Shown piece after piece: positions 9,900-17,415 of a DNA stretch of 60,802 nucleotides. The stretch is from a virus (lineage: Duplodnaviria; Caudoviricetes). The stretch spans positions 1 through 60,802 of IMG/VR virus record IMGVR_UViG_3300025127_000031; one strand, 5' to 3'. The translations under genes were made by a program, and so were the position numbers. The notes below the pieces were generated by a model. That model searched no databases. It was given only the letters and a program-made list of their open reading frames with translations, and had not been told where the DNA came from. Positions within the stretch are counted from its first letter, which is position 1. Each line of letters starts with the position of its first letter.

Positions 9900-10058
9900 T
9901 TAATCATCTAATGCTTGAAACCAAAAGATAAATCCATCATTTGCTTCAACCCAACGTTTGGTTCTGTAGGCATCTTCTTTTTCCATTGTCTCGCATTTGC
10001 GCGTCTTGCCACACTCCCAACAAACGTTGACACGAATGGGTTTATCTTTATTTTTCAT
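9900..10058 (-). CDS. Small hypothetical protein (52 aa)
   Basis: Missed by ORF track; MKNKDKPIRVNVCWECGKTRKC...IFWFQALDD. Confidence 0.55.
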   Translation of the reverse strand: MKNKDKPIRVNVCWECGKTRKCETMEKEDAYRTKRWVEANDGFIFWFQALDD

Positions 10059-10136
10059 TGTATTAATTTATTTACTAATAAAACTATAGAAGCAACACCC
10101 CAAAAACCCAATCCAAAAATTGCTATTGCAATTCCT

Positions 10137-10817
10137 TCATACGTTAAAAACTTTTTTGGTAATTTCGTATTTAAGGTCTCGGTCTTCTTTACCGTTCCAT
10201 CCTCCGTTGATTCTGTAACAACAGGCGTCGAATCCTTGTCCAAGACAAATACCTAATAGATCGTTATCTTTAATCCATGTTAAAGCAGATCTAAAAGGAT
10301 AATGATCAGTTACATAGTCACATCCGCGTTCCACGATAAGTGGATCATGCAATTCAGCGGCCAGGCGCGTGTAGTTGTACTTTCCAGTTAGCATTAGTAC
10401 ACCTGTACCTTTATATTTAGGTCCGTCATTTGGACCATTACCTAGATCAGCACGGTTGTTATAGGCTGTTCCATCGGCGATTTCTTTCATCCAACGAAAG
10501 TTTCCTGTTTCATGCATAAGGTTTGCAATTAACATGCACATAGCTTCTTTATGCTGATCAAAACCTGTTGTCATCAACAACTTGTTGAAATCACCACAAA
10601 AAGTTGCATCAAAGTTACTGGCTTGATATCCAGTAAGCTGCTGCATGATGTCAGGTGTGATAATTTTCCCTGAAGGATTTGCAGGACCTGCACGATACAG
10701 ATCCGCAAATTCATCAAGTTGTTCATCTGTTAAAACAGATTCAAGCCAGTTCCAGGCGGCAAGCTGGTGGGATTCTTCTTTGTAATACTTAGCTGCTTTG
10801 CTCAGGTTGATCGTCAT
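10137..10817 (-). CDS. GH19 chitinase-like endolysin
   Basis: LMHETGNF..MKE, DLGN..DGPKYKGTGVLMLTGKYNY, RINGGWNG; likely start ATG 10817 rather than 10922. Confidence 0.85.
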   Translation of the reverse strand: MTINLSKAAKYYKEESHQLAAWNWLESVLTDEQLDEFADLYRAGPANPSGKIITPDIMQQLTGYQASNFDATFCGDFNKLLMTTGFDQHKEAMCMLIANLMHETGNFRWMKEIADGTAYNNRADLGNGPNDGPKYKGTGVLMLTGKYNYTRLAAELHDPLIVERGCDYVTDHYPFRSALTWIKDNDLLGICLGQGFDACCYRINGGWNGKEDRDLKYEITKKVFNV

Positions 10818-10965
10818 TGGTTTCTTCTTCGGGCTCGTATTCCAGGCTATCAATATATTGGCCCAGAAGTTGGCTAGAAAACTGAATAAGGTTTCCATCA
10901 TTAGAAGCACGGGCGGCTGCAAAAGAATTAATTGCAGAAACCAGTTCAGACTTTTTGCAAGCCAT
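10789..10965 (-). CDS. Small hypothetical protein (58 aa)
   Basis: Missed by ORF track; MACKKSELVSAINSFAAARASNDGNLIQF... Confidence 0.6.
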   Translation of the reverse strand: MACKKSELVSAINSFAAARASNDGNLIQFSSQLLGQYIDSLEYEPEEETNDDQPEQSS

Positions 10966-10993
10966 AGGAATATCTTAAAGCAACTTTAGTGTA

Positions 10994-12823
10994 TCAACTA
11001 TCTTCTAAAGCTGCAATACGGGTTTCCAAACTTTCAATCTTTGCATTAGCTTCTTGTAATGCTTTAAGCAACATAAAAGGAATAACAGAACGTTTAAGTT
11101 CTTTGGTTTCTCCCTCTGTGTGTATTAAACCAGGGAACACCTCTTCTACTTCTTGTGCAATAAGGCCAAGCTCTTTGGGTTCAGAATCTTCTTGCGTTTT
11201 CCAGTGATACTTGACAACTCTTAAATTTGCTAAATCATCTAAATAACCATCTCTTGTGGTTTCAACATTTTTCTTAAGCCTTATGTCAGATGGTGTGCCT
11301 ACTGTGCCATTGGTAAAGATTGAATAAATTGCTGTGCCATCATTGTAACTAGTGGATGAATGTACACCATATAAAAGTCGATGCGTTGTTCCGGAGGTGC
11401 TTCCGTTGTGAAGCTGAATTGTACTTGTACCGGAATCACTGAAAATACGGGTTTCTCCACTTCCAGCTATCTTCATCCGTTGCGATGGAGCACGGCTCAC
11501 AGTACTGCTGTTTGTGAAGAAGACTAAATCACACACCTGATTGGTATTAAAATTATTTTTACCACCAATACCTGCATAAATTCCCGAACTAGTACCATAT
11601 CCAAATAACAACTCCTCTGCATTATTTACTTTTTTAATAAATGTAGTTGTACCTGCGCTGTCAATTATCATCCGCTCCGTCGGAGAAGGCTGCCCATCAT
11701 TAGTGGTCGCAAATACCAGTTTTCCTGGGTAATCGTCCGTGCCGTTTGCACCATCGGCAGCACCTACAATTCGTGCATATTCACCTGCATCTGAATCATT
11801 ATCATTAAAAGTGATGATACCTAGATTGTCGTCGTGTGTTGTATTTGTTGTACTCTTATCGTTGCCAAGCGATAGATAACAAGCGTTGGTATTTAGTGTA
11901 TTTCCACGAAGTGCAAATTTAGCGTATTGAGCGTCTGTACCTGCTGGCGAGGAGGCAGTACCAATCAACAGCCTGCCCGTGCTGTCAACATACATTGCTG
12001 CAACACCATCACCACCATTAAAGCGTAGTAAAGTACTGCTGTCTGGATCATCGGGACCCAAAGACATTTCATGAGTGCTGTTGTTATATCGAATAGCAGC
12101 TCCAACACTTTGAGTTGGGCACCCAAACATTAGTGCTGTAGTGTTATTACCATCTGCGGTGAGAAGACTAATACCGCAATCGCCAGCATTCTCTACGACT
12201 AAATCGTCAGCACCAGAATTTGGAGTGACTGTGCCTGCAGTACCTGTGTGAACGTGCAAAGTACCATCTGGATTCGTCGTTTTAATCCCGACCTGGCCCT
12301 GGAAAGTGGCAGATCCATCTGCGTTGATATTTGCCGTATATGATGCAGTTGAACCATTGTACACGTATATTCGCTGATCAGTAGCTGATGTTGAACTACT
12401 TACATACGACGCAACTTTACCAGCATTAGAAATAAGCGCACCAGTTTCGTAATTATTGCCAGGGGGATTATTTACATAAATATTTCCGGAGTTGTCGATA
12501 TCTACTGCACGAATAGATCCGTTTGCTCCTGAATAAATTGTATGAGCTGTTGCACCAAGAACTAATTTATTACTACCACCAGTAACAAGATTAAGAGTAT
12601 TAGCACCGCTACTAAATAAACCAGTGTCAGTATCGCCTTCAAACCGAAGAGATGGCTGAGATGCACTACCTAGTTCAAGAGTTAAGTTACCAACAGGAGA
12701 GTCAGTAGTAAGAAGGGTACCGCCAACTGCAGGAAGGATAAAGGTCTGATCGCCTGCTACTGCTGCTGCTTGCAGTTCAGCGTAACCAGATGTTGATCCA
12801 CGTAGCCTTAAGGTACCCGACAT
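10994..12823 (-). CDS. Tail fibre with C-terminal intramolecular chaperone (S74-like)
   Basis: GSASQPSLRFEGDTDTGLF N-terminus, ERMIIDSAG-type repeats, SDIRLKKNV...LGLIAQEVEEVFP and a terminal coiled coil. Confidence 0.85.
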   Translation of the reverse strand: MSGTLRLRGSTSGYAELQAAAVAGDQTFILPAVGGTLLTTDSPVGNLTLELGSASQPSLRFEGDTDTGLFSSGANTLNLVTGGSNKLVLGATAHTIYSGANGSIRAVDIDNSGNIYVNNPPGNNYETGALISNAGKVASYVSSSTSATDQRIYVYNGSTASYTANINADGSATFQGQVGIKTTNPDGTLHVHTGTAGTVTPNSGADDLVVENAGDCGISLLTADGNNTTALMFGCPTQSVGAAIRYNNSTHEMSLGPDDPDSSTLLRFNGGDGVAAMYVDSTGRLLIGTASSPAGTDAQYAKFALRGNTLNTNACYLSLGNDKSTTNTTHDDNLGIITFNDNDSDAGEYARIVGAADGANGTDDYPGKLVFATTNDGQPSPTERMIIDSAGTTTFIKKVNNAEELLFGYGTSSGIYAGIGGKNNFNTNQVCDLVFFTNSSTVSRAPSQRMKIAGSGETRIFSDSGTSTIQLHNGSTSGTTHRLLYGVHSSTSYNDGTAIYSIFTNGTVGTPSDIRLKKNVETTRDGYLDDLANLRVVKYHWKTQEDSEPKELGLIAQEVEEVFPGLIHTEGETKELKRSVIPFMLLKALQEANAKIESLETRIAALEDS

Positions 12824-12849
12824 TTTACAACGTACTTTTTATTTAACTA

Positions 12850-13179
12850 TTATACGGCTTCCGTATCTGTCGTTTCTTCTGTATCTGTAACTACTTCATC
12901 TGTAGTTGCAGTACCCTCTTCTGTGATTGGTTCAACCGGAGTTGGATCAATACTCTCCTTGTAATCTTCGATTAACTCAGGAGTCCAGAGTGCAGCTGCA
13001 ACATCTTGTACTTCTTGCGGTGCTTCAGAAACATCATCACCAGGAGAATACACAGTGCGGTGATAGCCACGGGCAATTTCTACACCGTCTTTAAGAACGA
13101 TGTCAGCACGACGGCACTGGATGATAGACCAGGGGGGAATAATTTCCAGCTTGTATTCAATCTTTTCTTCGTAAGCCAT
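12850..13179 (-). CDS. Tail-fibre-associated small protein
   Basis: 109 aa between fibre genes; GGAGG upstream. Confidence 0.7.
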   Translation of the reverse strand: MAYEEKIEYKLEIIPPWSIIQCRRADIVLKDGVEIARGYHRTVYSPGDDVSEAPQEVQDVAAALWTPELIEDYKESIDPTPVEPITEEGTATTDEVVTDTEETTDTEAV

Positions 13180-13213
13180 TAGGAACGTCCTCCAGACGAA
13201 ACAGATTTAGGAA

Positions 13214-13239
13214 TAGTTTTAAGCCATTACGGGCTTAAT
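13214..13239 (-). repeat. Intergenic hairpin repeat, copy 1 (copy 2 at 15191-15216)
   Basis: ATTAAGCCCGTAATGGCTTAAAACTA, 25/26 identical to copy 2; stem TTAAGCC/GGCTTAA. Confidence 0.8.
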
Positions 13240-13241
13240 TT

Positions 13242-14807
13242 TTATGCATCAGTTGGATAAGTAAACGTGCCAATCCAATACATTCCGGTTAAGTTTACAT
13301 TATCTCCGCCTCCAAAATAAAAATTATTGCCTCCTTGGTGGTAAAGATAAAAGTTGGCTGTATTAGGAGTTCCATAGTTTGTTGTTATTTCGTTTGTTGT
13401 ATTATGAAAACTACTTGTGCCTCCTCCTCTTGTTAGCTCACTTGCACCTATAGTTCCATAAGATAAATTAGACATATTAAAAGGTAATCCCCCTATTCGT
13501 GCATGTGCAGTAGTACTAGTAGCACCTGTAGCAAACCTAATATAAATTTCAGCATAAACTTTATTGCCTATTTTTGTGTATCTTCCGGCTTGTATAGAAT
13601 AAGGTACTGCTCCGCCTGACCCATCGTCAACTCCTGCTGCAACAATTGGAGTAAAAGTACCTTCTTCGTAGTCATCTAATGCGTTAGCTGTTGCAGTATC
13701 ACCGTTAAAAGTAATACCGCCTGATGAAAGAATACGTACTTTTTCAGTAATAGCTCCAGCAGCATTGCCCGTTGCAAATTGTAAATAGCCACCTGCTTGG
13801 CCACTGGTTGCATTTTCTTTTCGACCTGCAATAGAAGCTACGCCATAGTTAGCTTGAGTTCCAATATGCGAAGTAAATACAAGAGGCAAACCTGTATCAG
13901 CTGCCAAAGCTGATGTGGACTGAAACATTACACCATCACGATTGCCTACAGCTTCACTTGCTGCTGCGACGTGTAAGATTTCTTCTGGACTGCTTGTGCC
14001 TATACCTGTCCTTCCATCAGCAAGAATAACAAATTTTTCAATTTTATCCCCTGATGAGCCACCCACATCAGATTGTACTTTAAAAGGCTTGGCAGTAGCT
14101 GTTTGTGTCTCTTGATATAAATCAATAGCGCCATCATTGATAGTGATACCACTGTTTTGCGCTAGCTGAACATATGAGCCGGAGGCATTTCCAAAAACAG
14201 CTTTTCCATCGGCATACATCGAAACTCTTTCTACGTTGCTTGAATTTCGATCTAAAATTCTAAAAGCCTCTTCACCATAAGCAGGAGAATGTGTTGTTCT
14301 TTTAATTGTTAATCTGCCAGTTGACTCTATGTCAAGATTTTGTGAAGCAAAAAATGCTGCTCCAGTACTACCAGTAAGTCCAATCCTGTTACTAGTAGTT
14401 AAATTTCCTCCAATGTATAAATCACCATCTGTTTGTAATCCTGTATGCCAAACATTGGCACTTGTATCTTTGGCAGCCCAAACATAGTCAGTTCCGCCTA
14501 AATTTGTTCCGGTCTGGAACCAAGAGTTAGTTGCTGTGCTCTGAGCTGATAAAGAAGTTGTTGTAATTGCTCCAGTAAAAGTTGTATTTCCAGTGCTTGC
14601 AATAGTTAAAATTGCAGAGCCACCAACACCTAAAGCAATTGAGTTTGCACCTGGAGAATATAAACCGGTATCTAAATCATCTTGGAATGACAAAGCTGGA
14701 GCACTAGCTGTACCATCTGCTAATGCTGCCGTTCGATCGTTTGCCAGCACAATATTAGGATCACTAGCATCCGTATGCTGTAAATTTGTTAGCCTAAGAG
14801 TGCTCAT
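13242..14807 (-). CDS. Tail fibre protein
   Basis: GTASAPALSFQDDLDTGLY; GIGTSSPEEILHV; NALDDYEEGTFTP...YTKIGNKV. Confidence 0.85.
   Translation of the reverse strand: MSTLRLTNLQHTDASDPNIVLANDRTAALADGTASAPALSFQDDLDTGLYSPGANSIALGVGGSAILTIASTGNTTFTGAITTTSLSAQSTATNSWFQTGTNLGGTDYVWAAKDTSANVWHTGLQTDGDLYIGGNLTTSNRIGLTGSTGAAFFASQNLDIESTGRLTIKRTTHSPAYGEEAFRILDRNSSNVERVSMYADGKAVFGNASGSYVQLAQNSGITINDGAIDLYQETQTATAKPFKVQSDVGGSSGDKIEKFVILADGRTGIGTSSPEEILHVAAASEAVGNRDGVMFQSTSALAADTGLPLVFTSHIGTQANYGVASIAGRKENATSGQAGGYLQFATGNAAGAITEKVRILSSGGITFNGDTATANALDDYEEGTFTPIVAAGVDDGSGGAVPYSIQAGRYTKIGNKVYAEIYIRFATGATSTTAHARIGGLPFNMSNLSYGTIGASELTRGGGTSSFHNTTNEITTNYGTPNTANFYLYHQGGNNFYFGGGDNVNLTGMYWIGTFTYPTDA
13663..13738. 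repeat. 76-bp direct repeat shared by two fibre genes (copy 2 at 15583-15658)
   Basis: 74/76 identical; encodes RILS(S/T)GGITFNGDTATANALDDYEE. Confidence 0.9.
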
Positions 14808-14831
14808 TTCTTTGTCACATACCAGTATTGT

Positions 14832-15170
14832 TTATTCTAGCGTTACCACACTAGTTTCCCAGGGTACGCCAGATTCGTGTGTGGGCTGTTGTTGTTCGTT
14901 TAAATTCTCAGTTATTTGTGATTCATAGTCAAGTACTTTTTCTGGACCAACTTGATCTTTTACCCAACCAATACAAGTTTCTTCTCGTAAATCTTCATAG
15001 GGAATAAACCCAGGGCTAAGTGGGTTAGCTGTGAAATTACAAAAGCTTTGAATCGTTGCTACGTAATCTGGTTCACGTTCAGCAGAAAGCTCCCAATAAA
15101 TACGTTCTACAACACCCTCGCGAATTTCGCGATCCATGGTGAGAACTTTCCAGTTATAGTTATCAGACAT
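14832..15170 (-). CDS. Tail-fibre-associated small protein
   Basis: 112 aa; WKVLTMDR...FIPYEDL.EETCIGWVK...GVPW. Confidence 0.7.
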   Translation of the reverse strand: MSDNYNWKVLTMDREIREGVVERIYWELSAEREPDYVATIQSFCNFTANPLSPGFIPYEDLREETCIGWVKDQVGPEKVLDYESQITENLNEQQQPTHESGVPWETSVVTLE

Positions 15171-15190
15171 TGCTATTAAGCTTTAGGTAT

Positions 15191-15216
15191 TAGTTTTAAG
15201 CCATTGCGGGCTTAAT
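15191..15216 (-). repeat. Intergenic hairpin repeat, copy 2
   Basis: ATTAAGCCCGCAATGGCTTAAAACTA just downstream of the fibre stop. Confidence 0.8.
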
Positions 15217-15230
15217 AAATATGTTTTAAA

Positions 15231-16604
15231 TTATGCGGTCATGTAAACAATACTTCCTCTAAAGAAATCAGCCCCTGTGCTGGCAGAGCCTGCAATCGGT
15301 CGTGAGGTTTCAAAAAACAAAACGCTGCTATTACTATTTACGTAATTTAAAACAAGTTTATTTGTTCCAAATATACAATTTGTGGCTTCTACACCTGTAT
15401 TTGAATTGTAATCACCTGGCTGAAACGGAAGTCCACCTACTGCTGAATAATCAGTTGAGTCGTCCAGACTGGTATAATTAAACTGGAAATTAACAGTTAC
15501 TATTTTCCCAACTTTTGTATAATACCCTTCGGCGTTTGTAATACCATTAAAGTTATTATTGCCCACAGGAGTCCAGTTTCCCTCTTCGTAATCATCTAAT
15601 GCGTTAGCTGTTGCAGTATCACCGTTAAAAGTAATACCGCCTGTTGAAAGAATACGTATTGTTTCACTGCCATTCGATTCAAATATAGTTAGTCCTCCAC
15701 TACCACTCATAAACAATAGATTTTGACTATCTGCTCTTATATGAACACTGTCATTAGTACCAGCAGTTCCGTGTGAACCTATTGTGATACGTGCATCAGC
15801 AGCAGCAGTACCAATTTCAGCATCGCTGTCAAACGTAGCTGCTCCACTCATGTTAATGGTGGCTTTAGTGATATTTGAATTGACTACTGTGAAGCCATCA
15901 CTGTCATCAACTTGAACATAAGTTCCAGATCCAGGTGTTGAGATTGTGCGAAGGTATCCAGTAAAAGTGGCATTGCCATTTGAACCGTTGAGGTTAATTC
16001 TTTCTGTATTGTTTGAATCGCCAACTTTTAAACCTGCGTTATAAATAGTAACTGTATCTTGGCTGGAATCCATGTTAAAAATTAACTTGGAAGCAGAACC
16101 ACTTGAAGCAGGATCAGTTGTAATCCTGACTGAATTACTATTATCACCTACATCTGCAATTTTTATTGTTCCGCCAGCAAAAGTGGCAGATCCATCGTGA
16201 AAAATCCTTGCCTGATACCCAGCTGGTGAGTCAACTTTATATACACCAACAGCGGTATGTGTTGAATCTCCAGTGCCATTAATATATAAACCGTAACTGT
16301 TATTATTCCAAATCTTTGCACTACTTGCTGTTGTTGAACTATAGTCACCAAATGTCAAAGATCCCGCGCTAGTTTCTAAATTAGTAAATGTAGTTGTTCC
16401 ATCACTTGCAATAGTTAATCTTGCAGAGCCGCCAACAGATAGTCCTAGTTGGTTAGCGCCTGGTCTAAATAATCCTGTATCACTATCTCCATCAAAAACT
16501 AATGACGGTGAGGCTGCAGTGCCCGTATTAGCAAGCGTAGTAACTGGCGCACCTAAAACAGTGAGACCATTTAAAGTTCCGTTGCCTTGCAGAGTTAAAG
16601 TCAT
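15231..16604 (-). CDS. Tail fibre protein
   Basis: GTAASPSLVFDGDSDTGLF; NALDDYEEGNWTP...YTKVGKIV. Confidence 0.85.
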   Translation of the reverse strand: MTLTLQGNGTLNGLTVLGAPVTTLANTGTAASPSLVFDGDSDTGLFRPGANQLGLSVGGSARLTIASDGTTTFTNLETSAGSLTFGDYSSTTASSAKIWNNNSYGLYINGTGDSTHTAVGVYKVDSPAGYQARIFHDGSATFAGGTIKIADVGDNSNSVRITTDPASSGSASKLIFNMDSSQDTVTIYNAGLKVGDSNNTERINLNGSNGNATFTGYLRTISTPGSGTYVQVDDSDGFTVVNSNITKATINMSGAATFDSDAEIGTAAADARITIGSHGTAGTNDSVHIRADSQNLLFMSGSGGLTIFESNGSETIRILSTGGITFNGDTATANALDDYEEGNWTPVGNNNFNGITNAEGYYTKVGKIVTVNFQFNYTSLDDSTDYSAVGGLPFQPGDYNSNTGVEATNCIFGTNKLVLNYVNSNSSVLFFETSRPIAGSASTGADFFRGSIVYMTA

Positions 16605-16615
16605 TGTTTTTCAGA

Positions 16616-17374
16616 TTAAACGATGGACCAATTTTCACCAGTGCCGATGGTGACAGTCACCCCAGCATTTAAATAAACCGGGCCACAGCTTGTGGCATTT
16701 TCATTGTTTGGTAAGGTGTAATTAGTAGTAACAGTTTGTTCATTCAATACAAATACACGATCACCACCTGAACCCGTAGCACCACCACCAAGGATGGCCC
16801 AGGTTCCGTCGTAACCCTCAAACTGAGCAAGGGTTGTGTTGTACCGGATCATACCGGTAGAAGAAGTAGAGGGTCGAGCAGCTGTTGTGCCAGAGGGAAT
16901 CTTTAGTGCCCCACTGCTGAACATGTGGGTGTCACCATTGCCAGAAATACGCCACCACTCAGCACCATCCGCAGCAACCGAAATTGTATTAGGAGCTACT
17001 GTAAAGATGCCTGTATTTTCATCATCAATGAAAGTAATGGAAGGTGCAGCTGCACTACCACTTTCAAAGTAAATTCTGTCAACACCAGACAGTGTGCCGG
17101 TGACAGTTAAATCACCAACGATACCTGTGGTAAATCGACCAATAGCACCTGAAATTGTGCCACTAGTTGTAGTAATATTACCCGTTATGGTATTGTAATT
17201 TCCACTATTGGTGATATCACCTTTGACATCTAAATCCCCGTTGATGATTACATCACCACTAAAGGTAGGGTTACGCAGTAAACCTGAAACAGGTACGGTA
17301 ACATTTGCCTCGTTCGGAGAGACTCCCGTAGTAAATGTTATAAAATCAACGCGAACCTCGCCAAACTGTGGCAT
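16616..17374 (-). CDS. Tail/virion structural protein
   Basis: PSGTTAARP..GMIRYNTT..QFEGYDG; GGATGSGGDRVFVLNEQTVT. Confidence 0.75.
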   Translation of the reverse strand: MPQFGEVRVDFITFTTGVSPNEANVTVPVSGLLRNPTFSGDVIINGDLDVKGDITNSGNYNTITGNITTTSGTISGAIGRFTTGIVGDLTVTGTLSGVDRIYFESGSAAAPSITFIDDENTGIFTVAPNTISVAADGAEWWRISGNGDTHMFSSGALKIPSGTTAARPSTSSTGMIRYNTTLAQFEGYDGTWAILGGGATGSGGDRVFVLNEQTVTTNYTLPNNENATSCGPVYLNAGVTVTIGTGENWSIV

Positions 17375-17415
17375 GATTAATCAGTCTCGGCTACTACTTT
17401 TAAATACATTCTAAC

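Noticed and set aside
10055-10243. 62-aa TM ORF overlapping the endolysin end (spanin-like?)
   Set aside because: TTG start 107 nt inside the endolysin, no lipobox, C-terminal rather than N-terminal TM; its 3' part may be coding but cannot be supported
10818-10922. Signal-anchor-like N-terminal extension of the GH19 endolysin
   Set aside because: That DNA is better explained by the 58-aa ORF 10789-10965 in another frame; ATG 10817 is the likelier start
13663-15658. DGR template/variable repeat pair
   Set aside because: No reverse transcriptase in the window, both copies are inside genes and the two mismatches are not adenine-specific
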